This document shows positions 51,379 through 59,692 of a stretch of 64,000 bases of DNA, one piece after another (position 1 is the first letter of the stretch; each line of letters begins with the position of its first letter). The notes beneath the pieces were generated by a model. The model made no database searches and was not told where the DNA came from. It worked only from the letters and a program-made list of their open reading frames with translations. The position numbers and the translations under genes were made by a program. Origin of the DNA: an uncultured virus (IMG/VR IMGVR_UViG_3300046387_001331) (taxonomy: Duplodnaviria; Heunggongvirae; Uroviricota; Caudoviricetes); IMG/VR virus record IMGVR_UViG_3300046387_001331. One strand, 5' to 3'.

Positions 51379-52059
51379 ATGAGAGAAAGTTCTAAGACAA
51401 CATTAGAAAAGTATAATAAGGGCATTACTATGCATTTTGCAAAAAGTAAGTATGACAACTGCAAGTGGAACAAAAGCACAAGTACATGGAGTATGCTCAA
51501 ACGAAGATACGACAATGGCCAAAGAGACTCACAAATGCAAAAATTGTACGATGCAGAGTACTCACTTATTCCGTGTTCTCCTAAAGATAATTTTACTTTC
51601 GATGAATTAATTCAAAAAATAGACGATGTAGTAAATGATACATGGTTTCGTAAAAAATTCGGAAGACTTTTCTCGGATACAATATTACAAGTAGAAAATG
51701 CAAGTTCTCGTCAAAATATGGCATATTCTTTTGGAACTGATTTTCTTTCATTTCCACCTCACTTTTGTAATTTTCCTATTATACTCCATGAACTAGCACA
51801 TACTATTGCTGATCGTTTGCAGTTCGTTGTTGCATTTAATTACAATTACACCACTCACGGAAGAATGTTTGCTTTTATTTATCTTGAACTCGTAAGAAAG
51901 TTTATGGGTGAATCCAGTTATACTATTCTTAAAGCAGGATATAAAAACTTTAATGTTAAGTATCGCAATCGTATTCCACAAACTTCTGCGAAAAAGAAGA
52001 TTTTACGTGAAAGAATTGGTAAATATAATATTTATAATAATGAAAACAATATTTCATAA
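51379..52059 (+). CDS. HExxH metallohydrolase (SprT/TIGR04338-like)
   Basis: RDSQMQKLYDAE, IILHELAHT, HGRMF. Confidence 0.7.
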   Translation: MRESSKTTLEKYNKGITMHFAKSKYDNCKWNKSTSTWSMLKRRYDNGQRDSQMQKLYDAEYSLIPCSPKDNFTFDELIQKIDDVVNDTWFRKKFGRLFSDTILQVENASSRQNMAYSFGTDFLSFPPHFCNFPIILHELAHTIADRLQFVVAFNYNYTTHGRMFAFIYLELVRKFMGESSYTILKAGYKNFNVKYRNRIPQTSAKKKILRERIGKYNIYNNENNIS

Positions 52060-52195
52060 AATAGACTCAAAGCACTTGGATTGTTTGAGTGGGGTATGTG
52101 AACACACATCGCATCAATTTAATTCATTATATCTTTTACTGATACCAGTTATTGTCTTGGGATATATTACATTTAGAAAGCATATTAAGTCATAA
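52040..52195 (+). CDS. Small membrane protein
   Basis: MKTIFH...; CLSGVCEH then a hydrophobic segment. Confidence 0.5.
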   Translation: MKTIFHKIDSKHLDCLSGVCEHTSHQFNSLYLLLIPVIVLGYITFRKHIKS

Positions 52196-52223
52196 AATTT
52201 ATATAATATAATATTTATATTCT

Positions 52224-52376
52224 GTGTTAGAATGGATATGCGATAAATTAGGATGGATCATTGCTTATATGTTATTACCTATAACTTATCCAATTTACTA
52301 TTTCCAACAAAAAAAAGAAAGAAAGATTGCACAAGTGAGAAAAAATGCACTTGCTAAAAGAAATAGTTTAGGGTAA
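52224..52376 (+). CDS. Small membrane protein (50 aa, GTG start, not in track)
   Basis: LGWIIAYMLLPITYPIYYF then basic tail; ATATTTATAT motif at 52211. Confidence 0.4.
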   Translation: MLEWICDKLGWIIAYMLLPITYPIYYFQQKKERKIAQVRKNALAKRNSLG

Positions 52377-52502
52377 TTTAAATATAATAGTTCCAAAATA
52401 AATTTAAAAATTGATTGTTTTCAATCAATAACTTCTGTTTGTCTCAAAAAAAGCAAATAATAAGTTGACACATATAGTAAATTAGAATATATTTAGTGTT
52501 TT

Positions 52503-52634
52503 ATGAATTTTAATACAAATAGCAAATGCAATTATTTATTGACAAGATTGGCATTTGAGGCGGGCAACAATAACGTCATATATGGTGATGCTAACCATAT
52601 CCTGGGTGTGAATAGAAAGTATAACTTTTTATAA
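52503..52634 (+). CDS. Candidate near-leaderless 43-aa sORF or structured RNA
   Basis: TTGACA(52465)-17-TATATT then ATG at +10; hairpin atatggt/accatat at 52580-52600. Confidence 0.35.
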   Translation: MNFNTNSKCNYLLTRLAFEAGNNNVIYGDANHILGVNRKYNFL

Positions 52635-52745
52635 AAACTCTTTAATTATAGTAAAAAATATAATATTTATTATAATTATAAAAAGTCCTTCATAAAGAAG
52701 GCACGTTTTCAATTAAGAAAACATAGAACATAAGGAAATAGCAAA

Positions 52746-52979
52746 ATGAAAGCAATATTCGAAAAAGTAAATGGATTCGTTAAGGGCTTGACTGGTATTT
52801 TTCTCGGAGTCGTAGGACTCGGAGTTGCTGGTCAAATCGTTCTTGGTGATAAAGTTGGACTCGATGTTATCGGTAACCTTCAAGGTATCGTTGACGGGTT
52901 CGTTGGTGAAGGTGCAAGTCTTGCAGGTTTAATTACTCTGCTTGTAGTTTTAGCATTGATCGCTGGTGACGACAAGTAA
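52746..52979 (+). CDS. Small two-TM membrane protein
   Basis: RBS TAAGGA; Gly-rich hydrophobic helices; own promoter motif and terminator. Confidence 0.8.
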   Translation: MKAIFEKVNGFVKGLTGIFLGVVGLGVAGQIVLGDKVGLDVIGNLQGIVDGFVGEGASLAGLITLLVVLALIAGDDK

Positions 52980-53029
52980 ACTATACTAGGTAACACCTAG
53001 AATATGTCTGAGCAATCAGGCTTTAGTTT

Positions 53030-53067
53030 TGTACCCCTTTCCTTATGGTCTGGGGTACATTTCTTTT
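53030..53067 (+). terminator. Intrinsic terminator with anti-RBS loop
   Basis: tgtacccc-tttccttatggtct-ggggtaca then tttctttt. Confidence 0.8.
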
Positions 53068-53074
53068 ATAAAGG

Positions 53075-53103
53075 TTGACATGGTGGTTGTGTATTTCTAT
53101 AAT
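53075..53103 (+). promoter_or_regulatory. Consensus sigma70 promoter
   Basis: TTGACA-17-TATAAT; ATG at +7. Confidence 0.9.
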
Positions 53104-53109
53104 AATGGC

Positions 53110-53271
53110 ATGAATTTATACACAGAAGTATTAAACGCACTTAAAATTGTAAATGATCCACGTGAAGATTCTTTAGATAGAATGCTAAAGCATGAAGACC
53201 TTGTAAAGATCAAACGTCTTCTTGATGACCAACTCACACGAAAGTTTCCTGTTGATGGAAAGCAAACCTAA
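53110..53271 (+). CDS. Small hypothetical protein (leaderless)
   Basis: MNLYTEV directly after the promoter. Confidence 0.55.
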   Translation: MNLYTEVLNALKIVNDPREDSLDRMLKHEDLVKIKRLLDDQLTRKFPVDGKQT

Positions 53272-53494
53272 ACGATTTTTCTTTCACTACAACAAACCTG
53301 AAAGTCGTAGACAGGGTCGCAATGTACTTACGGTGCATTGGAAGAACTCTTGCATACCAGTGAATCATTTGAAGATCAATGTACCCATAGAATCACATAC
53401 TCAGAAATCACAACCACATTGCGTAATGCGTGGATTCGCAAATTCGGTGGAAATAATCGAGAAAAATAATGAGATGACTGCTTTTATTGCTTGA
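53255..53494 (+). CDS. Conserved-looking phage hypothetical protein
   Basis: FFFHYNKPES...TVHWKNSC...QPHCVMRG. Confidence 0.7.
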   Translation: MESKPKRFFFHYNKPESRRQGRNVLTVHWKNSCIPVNHLKINVPIESHTQKSQPHCVMRGFANSVEIIEKNNEMTAFIA

Positions 53495-53519
53495 CTTTTT
53501 ATAATATCTATGATTGAAT
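53491..53519 (+). promoter_or_regulatory. Repeated early-type promoter, copy 13 (weak -10)
   Basis: TTGACTTTTTATA core; -10 position reads TTGAAT. Confidence 0.6.
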
Positions 53520-53525
53520 ATAGGT

Positions 53526-53846
53526 ATGCTTGAGAGAGAAAGAGTATTAGAAAAGTTAAAATCTGCATATTCCCAAAAATGGGATTCCAACAAAAAGGTA
53601 AGATGTCCAAGACTTAAAACTCTTGCGAACATCATCAATGAATTTGTGGACGGATATACTGCCAAAATTCGCAGTAGTTATCACACTTCAAGCACACGCA
53701 CTGGTAGATACTGCATTGATGGTGCAACTCGTTCTGCTACTATGCTAACGATACACGGAGTAAATGGGTATATTAAAAAACACAATAGTGCAGAAGCATA
53801 TCGTAGCAATTACGACATCGTAGATTGGATTTTAAATCATATATGA
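53526..53846 (+). CDS. Hypothetical protein
   Basis: MLERERV at +7 from the -10 position. Confidence 0.65.
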   Translation: MLERERVLEKLKSAYSQKWDSNKKVRCPRLKTLANIINEFVDGYTAKIRSSYHTSSTRTGRYCIDGATRSATMLTIHGVNGYIKKHNSAEAYRSNYDIVDWILNHI

Positions 53847-54091
53847 AACTACTAATTAGAAATCACAAAGCAAATGGTGGAAAATACAACAACGAAAACC
53901 ACGGAAAATTACTCAAGATATTCAAAATACTTGAAGCAGATTCACTTGGATTCGTTCAAGAATATTGGTCTGAAACATTTGAACCTATTCCAAATACCAA
54001 AGATTGGTTGCTTGAATTGAACACAGAACCCGAATGGTATAAGTTAGAAAAAATACTTGCATTAAAGAATGTTGAAGAATTTAGTGCTTGA
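53843..54091 (+). CDS. Hypothetical protein
   Basis: ATGA overlap; stop within the next -35 box. Confidence 0.65.
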   Translation: MKLLIRNHKANGGKYNNENHGKLLKIFKILEADSLGFVQEYWSETFEPIPNTKDWLLELNTEPEWYKLEKILALKNVEEFSA

Positions 54092-54116
54092 CTTTTTATA
54101 ATAATTTTGGTAAGAT
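54088..54116 (+). promoter_or_regulatory. Repeated early-type promoter, copy 14
   Basis: TTGACT-17-TAAGAT. Confidence 0.85.
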
Positions 54117-54122
54117 GCTTGT

Positions 54123-54368
54123 ATGATAATGAGAGAAAGTGAAGTGAATATTACAATTAAACATTTTACACAAACCGGTTCATCAACTTGGGTTTTGATG
54201 AACGAAAACAAAGAACTCATGTATGACGCAAACGACAATGCTCTGTTTGGTTATACTCGCAAAGAAGCAGAGGCACTTGCACTTAGAATTGCCGATGATA
54301 TGAATTTTACCAATATTCAAACCGAATACTTTTATGGTGGTCAACGCAAATATAAAACTATTAAGTAA
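54123..54368 (+). CDS. Hypothetical protein
   Basis: ATG at +7 from the -10 box. Confidence 0.65.
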   Translation: MIMRESEVNITIKHFTQTGSSTWVLMNENKELMYDANDNALFGYTRKEAEALALRIADDMNFTNIQTEYFYGGQRKYKTIK

Positions 54369-54718
54369 TGAACATAAACAAAATCAAATATTATTCCACC
54401 GAAAAGTTAGAAGGCATCTTGGATGAACTTGAAAATGGAGATGGTGGTCGTGGTATGAAAGATTACATTCTTGCGGACATGATCCGTGATATTATTTCTT
54501 TTCGTGAAGAAAATGAATAAAACCCAAGCAAGACAACGTATACGAGAATTAAAAAATATAATTCAGGTGTCTAATGTTAGGTTACAAAACGCAATGGCAC
54601 AAAATCACTATAAAGTTGCAGAATCATTGATTTTGATAATATCAAACAATTTTAACGAACTAAATTCAATCAGACACCAAATAAAAGCAAATAAAAGCAC
54701 GATTTCGCAAAATAATGC

Positions 54719-54747
54719 TTGACTTTTTATAATAATTTTGGTAGTAT
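54719..54747 (+). promoter_or_regulatory. Repeated early-type promoter, copy 15
   Basis: TTGACT-17-TAGTAT plus full leader. Confidence 0.85.
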
Positions 54748-54805
54748 ACTTGTATTGAGAGTGAGAAAAGAGAACAAGAAAAAAACAAAAAAAGGAGAGA
54801 AAAAT

Positions 54806-55015
54806 ATGTTGATTGCAGAATATAATGTCGGTGATAATATTAACGTTGATGGTCGTGATGCCATCATTACTAAGGTTGAAACCGAGTCGTGGGTGACCGG
54901 TGGTAAGCAACCTTATTACTTCGTGGAACTACTTTCTGATGGAAGTAGGGAACTTCACGCAGAAGAGGACATCAACTCGGGTGAGTTGCTTCCTGTTATT
55001 TCTTTTAACTCCTAA
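54806..55015 (+). CDS. Small SH3/Tudor-like protein
   Basis: RBS AAGGAG; YNVGDNI...AIITKV...YFVEL. Confidence 0.65.
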   Translation: MLIAEYNVGDNINVDGRDAIITKVETESWVTGGKQPYYFVELLSDGSRELHAEEDINSGELLPVISFNS

Positions 55016-55033
55016 TAGAAAGAACAACTTAAA

Positions 55034-55477
55034 ATGGCATACGTAAGTCAAGAAGACAAAAAGGAACTCGCAGTAGGAATCAAGAAGGTTCTTAAAAAGT
55101 ATAACGTTAAAGGAACTATTGGAGTTCATAATCATAGCACTATCGTTGTTAGATTGCGTAGTGGTGATTTAGACATTCTCGGAAATTATTGGAATGTTTA
55201 CACACAATCGGTGGAACGAGGACAAATTGAACCTTGGAATCAACGAACCGAAAAACCTACTTCTCTTTCACCAAATCCTTATTGCGTTGATAAATCCTAT
55301 TCAGGTGAAGTTCTTGCTTTTCTTGAGGAACTTATTGCGGAAATGAAAGGTGAACGATATTTCAATGAGTCTGATCCAATGACCGACTATTTTCATTGTT
55401 CCCACTACATTGACATTGATGTTGGTAATTGGGAAAAACCTTACATCTATAACGGAGAACTTGCTGAGGCTGCTTAA
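55034..55477 (+). CDS. LPD29-like phage protein
   Basis: NESDPMTDYFH...YIDIDVG motif recalled for LPD29-type domains. Confidence 0.6.
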   Translation: MAYVSQEDKKELAVGIKKVLKKYNVKGTIGVHNHSTIVVRLRSGDLDILGNYWNVYTQSVERGQIEPWNQRTEKPTSLSPNPYCVDKSYSGEVLAFLEELIAEMKGERYFNESDPMTDYFHCSHYIDIDVGNWEKPYIYNGELAEAA

Positions 55478-55478
55478 T

Positions 55479-55685
55479 ATGAAAACTGCATCAAAATTTT
55501 ATAATCACGATTTTTTACTCGAATATCAAAATACGATTCTGTCTCATTTGTCTCAGCAATACAAGAAAGTTGAAAGAACAGATGCACTTGAATATTTTCA
55601 AAATCAAATAGAAGTTACACGAAGCAAAATACAACAAATTATTAACGATAGAGTAGGATTGAATAAAGATCATGAAACTAACTAA
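55479..55685 (+). CDS. Hypothetical protein
   Basis: ATG 1 nt after the previous stop. Confidence 0.55.
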   Translation: MKTASKFYNHDFLLEYQNTILSHLSQQYKKVERTDALEYFQNQIEVTRSKIQQIINDRVGLNKDHETN

Positions 55686-55905
55686 CTATGACGGAACTGA
55701 GGCATCTCAGAAGGCATACAACATTCAAGAAAGTATCAATTTAATTCGCAACGAAACTATTCCTGCGTTACAACGCAACGAATATAATTTGACGGACGAA
55801 GAAAATGCCGAACGAATTGCTAATTTAAGAAAGTATCTTAATAGATTGCAATATGATCTTGCGTTGGAAATCAACAACAACGATGCTTGGCAAAACGTTT
55901 ATTGA
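55672..55905 (+). CDS. Hypothetical protein
   Basis: 77-aa ORF in a packed run. Confidence 0.6.
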   Translation: MKLTNYDGTEASQKAYNIQESINLIRNETIPALQRNEYNLTDEENAERIANLRKYLNRLQYDLALEINNNDAWQNVY

Positions 55906-55906
55906 T

Positions 55907-56245
55907 ATGACACTTTACGATTACAATGTAGATAAACATCAAGTTTTTGATGGCAACCCCAATCATCTGATTGTAGATGCTTCCAAGATTGGTCTTCCAC
56001 CGGGATTCTTTCCAAATTGGATAAGTACAAATGATATTGGCAACGGAAATCCATTTTATTCAGATAAAATAATTCGTGAAATGGTCGGACAAACTGATAG
56101 TGAAATTGAAGATATTATGTACGGAGATGTTGAGTGTTATGTGTACAAGCAAAATGGTGGAGGTACGGTATTGCTCGTAAACAATGATTCTTACAATTAC
56201 ACAGAATATGCTGATGAATACTATTCACAGAAAAATAATGCTTGA
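55907..56245 (+). CDS. Hypothetical protein
   Basis: DASKIGLPPGFFP motif; stop within the next -35 box. Confidence 0.65.
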   Translation: MTLYDYNVDKHQVFDGNPNHLIVDASKIGLPPGFFPNWISTNDIGNGNPFYSDKIIREMVGQTDSEIEDIMYGDVECYVYKQNGGGTVLLVNNDSYNYTEYADEYYSQKNNA

Positions 56246-56270
56246 CTTTTTATAATAATTGTGGTAGATT
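56242..56270 (+). promoter_or_regulatory. Repeated early-type promoter, copy 16
   Basis: TTGACT-17-TAGATT plus full leader. Confidence 0.85.
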
Positions 56271-56307
56271 ACTTGTATTGAGAGTGAGAAAAGAGAAAGA
56301 TAAAAAA

Positions 56308-56691
56308 ATGACATTAGAATTAGTAGAAACACGCAAAGCATATGTAGTTCAATTTTGGGGAACGAGAACACACGTTACGTCTCCTATTTTCAAAAGCAGA
56401 CAAGCAGCTGCCAACTACGTCGTCCGTGAAGGTTATAGGGTAGTTGAAGATTTGCAACTTCTTGAAATTGATTTGGACAAAATTGCCAATAATGAAAATG
56501 CGGTAGTTGAACAATATCACATCAGCACGGCAAAGGTTGGTTTTCGTATGAGTGAAGGTGATGATCCCAACGAATTTGTGTTTGATTCAATCAGTCAATC
56601 AGAACGTCAAAAGAATTCATTGTATTCTTTGAATGCTTTTAGTATTCCTTTTCCAATGGTTGCTAAGTTGACTAATATGGCAAATGTCTAA
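56308..56691 (+). CDS. Hypothetical early protein, paralog of the next ORF
   Basis: KAY...F.GTR...SP...RV...EIDLDK. Confidence 0.7.
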   Translation: MTLELVETRKAYVVQFWGTRTHVTSPIFKSRQAAANYVVREGYRVVEDLQLLEIDLDKIANNENAVVEQYHISTAKVGFRMSEGDDPNEFVFDSISQSERQKNSLYSLNAFSIPFPMVAKLTNMANV

Positions 56692-57022
56692 TAAACTTTA
56701 CAAAGCAACTTTTAAGGGAATTCGCAAAACTGCGAAATCTCCTTTATACAGCAACAAAAATGCTTGTTTACGATGGGTCGCAAATAATTCACATCGTGTG
56801 CTTGGAGAGTTGTTGGTATATGAACTTGATTTAGAAAAAACAAAACAATCCAATGATCGTGTAGCAAGTGCATACGAGTATCCTGAATTAAGACTCGATG
56901 ATGAACAAACAATTTCGGTGGAAAATTTATTGAATGCAGAAAAATTTGCATTTGATTTAGGAAGAACCACATTGTTCGGAATATTAAATTTAACGGAAGA
57001 ACTTAAACTTGGTATTGCATAA
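56684..57022 (+). CDS. Hypothetical early protein, paralog of the previous ORF
   Basis: KLY...F.GIR...SP...RV...ELDLEK. Confidence 0.7.
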   Translation: MSNKLYKATFKGIRKTAKSPLYSNKNACLRWVANNSHRVLGELLVYELDLEKTKQSNDRVASAYEYPELRLDDEQTISVENLLNAEKFAFDLGRTTLFGILNLTEELKLGIA

Positions 57023-57049
57023 TTAATCCAAATTTGTAATAATAATAAT

Positions 57050-57268
57050 ATGACAAAAGTAACAATGATTGACCCCGATGGAGGGTGGAAATATGGATTT
57101 CCAAAGATGCTACCAAACGAACTTGAAGGTAAGGATGTTACCGAATGGTTAATTGAAAATGGATACCCACGTGAGGTGATTGACAAATGGAAACAATCTG
57201 ACTTGGGATATCTCCCTTGCAGATACTGGGAAACGGAGATGATAAATGTCACGGAAGAACACAAGTAA
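57050..57268 (+). CDS. Conserved-looking small phage protein
   Basis: IDPDGGWKYGFPK...WLIENGYP. Confidence 0.7.
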   Translation: MTKVTMIDPDGGWKYGFPKMLPNELEGKDVTEWLIENGYPREVIDKWKQSDLGYLPCRYWETEMINVTEEHK

Positions 57269-57411
57269 TTTTCACCAGATACTTCGTAATTTGACAATCG
57301 AGTTGCGAAAAGGTGACCAAATTACGATTTGGCATGATGGATACCAAGTTTGTTTTAAAAATGTAGGAACAAGTAATTTCAAAATAGTAAAAAATCAAGA
57401 TAATAAAAAAA

Positions 57412-58581
57412 ATGCAAACACTAACTACTCTATATAAATTAGATACAACTGGCAAAATTCGTCAATGGACGGTCAGAGTAAAGGACAATTCATTTTGGAC
57501 TGAGCAAGGTCAAGTGGATGGTAAGATTGTAATTAACAAACCTACAATTACCACTCCTAAGAATGAAGGTCGTGCTAATGCCACAACTGCTGAAGAGCAA
57601 GCAATACTTGAAGCAAAAGCAAAGTATACCAAGTATCTTGATAAAGGATATGTAGAAAACATTGAAGATGTTGATAAAATCACTTTGTATAATCCAATGC
57701 TTGCTCAGAAGTTTGAAGACCGTGTAGATGGTCTTACGTTTCCTTTATACACTCAACCCAAGTTGGATGGAGTTCGTTGTATTGTTTATATGCAAGACGG
57801 AGAGTTGGTTGCTAAGTCTCGTCAAGGAAAACCCATTGATACCGTTGTTCATATTCTTGAAGAATTGAAACCATTTTTTGAGCAAAGTCCAAATGCAGTT
57901 CTTGACGGAGAACTTTACAATCACGATTACAAAAACGACTTTAATAAAATCATTTCACTTGTCCGCAAAATGAAACCGGTTCGTAGTGAGAAGGATACTG
58001 ACAAAACTTTCGCAAAGAAACAGGAAAAGTTTGCGATTGCTCTTGAAGAAGCAAAAACTAAAATTCAGTATTGGATTTACGATGTTCCACGTGATGGCAA
58101 TTTAACAGAAGCAGATGATTTTCATCCTCGTTTTTTTGGTGCGGAAATTCCAAAAACGAATTCGTGTGTGATTGTTAAAACAGGTATCGTTAATGATATG
58201 AAGGAACTTGATCAATATTATGATACTTACATGGAGTTTGGATACGAAGGACAAATTGTGCGTGTAAATGGTCCTTATGAAAACAAACGAAGCAAACTTC
58301 TTCTTAAACGCAAAGACTTTACAGATGCCGAATATCTTGTCATTGACATCAATGAGGGTGATGGTAATCGCACCGGTACTGCAAAGAACCTTGTATGCAA
58401 AGATGAAGCAACTGGAAAAATCTTCAATAGTAACATCAAGGGTACGCACGAATATCTTGCAGAAATTCTTGAGAACAAAGAAAATTACATTGGTAAGCAA
58501 GCAACCATCAAGTTCTTTGAATTGACACCTGATGGTATTCCTCGGTTTCCGTATGCAATTGCATTTCGTGATTACGAATAA
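57412..58581 (+). CDS. lig: ATP-dependent DNA ligase
   Basis: QPKLDGVRC (motif I KxDG), LDGELY, YWIYD, GYEGQIVR, KRSKLLLKRK, PRFP. Confidence 0.93.
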   Translation: MQTLTTLYKLDTTGKIRQWTVRVKDNSFWTEQGQVDGKIVINKPTITTPKNEGRANATTAEEQAILEAKAKYTKYLDKGYVENIEDVDKITLYNPMLAQKFEDRVDGLTFPLYTQPKLDGVRCIVYMQDGELVAKSRQGKPIDTVVHILEELKPFFEQSPNAVLDGELYNHDYKNDFNKIISLVRKMKPVRSEKDTDKTFAKKQEKFAIALEEAKTKIQYWIYDVPRDGNLTEADDFHPRFFGAEIPKTNSCVIVKTGIVNDMKELDQYYDTYMEFGYEGQIVRVNGPYENKRSKLLLKRKDFTDAEYLVIDINEGDGNRTGTAKNLVCKDEATGKIFNSNIKGTHEYLAEILENKENYIGKQATIKFFELTPDGIPRFPYAIAFRDYE

Positions 58582-58584
58582 TAC

Positions 58585-58613
58585 TTGACAAGACAATACC
58601 AAAATTATATTAT
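58585..58613 (+). promoter_or_regulatory. Sigma70-type promoter
   Basis: TTGACA-17-TATTAT; ATG at +8. Confidence 0.75.
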
Positions 58614-58620
58614 ATAAATT

Positions 58621-58857
58621 ATGATTATACAAAGTGAAACAATAATGTCGGTTGTAAGTTCTTTTGAGGAAATCGCAGAACGTTCTGATGATGTCGCAAG
58701 CAAGTATCTTGCAAATGCTCTTAAAACGGCAACTGAGGAAAACAGAATTGAACTTCTTAATTCTGAAAAGAATGAATATGAGATCTTATCAGAAAGAGCA
58801 GATGCACTAAAAGATGCAGTTGAAGAAGTAAGAACTAAATTTCAGAACAATGAGTGA
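58621..58857 (+). CDS. Hypothetical helical protein
   Basis: 78-aa ORF after a promoter. Confidence 0.6.
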   Translation: MIIQSETIMSVVSSFEEIAERSDDVASKYLANALKTATEENRIELLNSEKNEYEILSERADALKDAVEEVRTKFQNNE

Positions 58858-59083
58858 CGAGTTTCAAAAGTGTCCTGTCGTAACTGAAACAATTGCGAGA
58901 GTAGCATCTGATCCTTACTCGGAAGGTGTTACGCATGGTGGTCTCCATCCAAGTTCATTATCAAAAATTGTGGAAAAACTTTTTTGGTCTGGAGACAAAA
59001 ATTTTAACAATGTGACACTTGAAATTAAAAAAGAGATTGATGATCACCATATTTCAGTCAAGGTTGTTGATCGTGGTCACTAA
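58850..59083 (+). CDS. Hypothetical protein
   Basis: 77-aa ORF overlapping the previous stop. Confidence 0.6.
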   Translation: MSDEFQKCPVVTETIARVASDPYSEGVTHGGLHPSSLSKIVEKLFWSGDKNFNNVTLEIKKEIDDHHISVKVVDRGH

Positions 59084-59084
59084 T

Positions 59085-59113
59085 TTGACAAAATGAAAGA
59101 GTTGTGGTATAAT
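59085..59113 (+). promoter_or_regulatory. Consensus sigma70 promoter with extended -10
   Basis: TTGACA-17-TATAAT with TG upstream; ATG at +6. Confidence 0.9.
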
Positions 59114-59118
59114 AAGAC

Positions 59119-59394
59119 ATGAGTAACAAGAAAAGATATAGTGAGACTCCTATTCACGAATATCGCATCAAATATTTGACGAAAGGAGCAACCGTTCCTA
59201 ATTATCATTATTATATGTGTGAAAATGCAGAACAAGCATTGCAGTTTCAAATTGAAATGGCAAACCATAAAAAATGGGAATTTGAAATTCTCAAAATTGA
59301 GAAATTTTTCAAGTATTCGGATAAGTGGATGGACGAAAGTGAAGTGCTCACAGATAAAAATAGATATATAACAAAGGATATGCACGATGACTAA
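59119..59394 (+). CDS. Hypothetical protein (leaderless)
   Basis: 91-aa ORF starting at the predicted TSS. Confidence 0.7.
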   Translation: MSNKKRYSETPIHEYRIKYLTKGATVPNYHYYMCENAEQALQFQIEMANHKKWEFEILKIEKFFKYSDKWMDESEVLTDKNRYITKDMHDD

Positions 59395-59692
59395 AACATA
59401 CGAAATTGAAGTACAAAAAGATTCAGAAACAGATGATTTGTTTTTTGAAATTCCACCTAAATTGTTAAAGAATCTTGGTTGGAAAACTGGTGACGATTTA
59501 AAGTGGGAAGAAACAGACGAAGGTGTTCGTCTTAGAAAAGTAAAATATGAAACCGTAGAACTTGATTTTGATGATGAAGAGTATTTTAAGTTTCTAAGAT
59601 TTGCACACGAAAACAATATGAGTTTCAACGAACTTGTTGAAGAATCAGTAAAAGAAGCAATGAAAAATAATGAAGAGAATGGAACAATTTGA
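59387..59692 (+). CDS. AbrB/MazE/SpoVT-type DNA-binding protein
   Basis: LFFEIPPKLLKNLGWKTGDDLKW. Confidence 0.8.
   Translation: MTKTYEIEVQKDSETDDLFFEIPPKLLKNLGWKTGDDLKWEETDEGVRLRKVKYETVELDFDDEEYFKFLRFAHENNMSFNELVEESVKEAMKNNEENGTI

Noticed and set aside
23399..56307. Shared N-terminal peptide MTFYN...GSILVLRVRK in five ORFs
   Set aside because: Artefact of translating the repeated promoter from the TTG of its -35 box; real starts are downstream ATGs.
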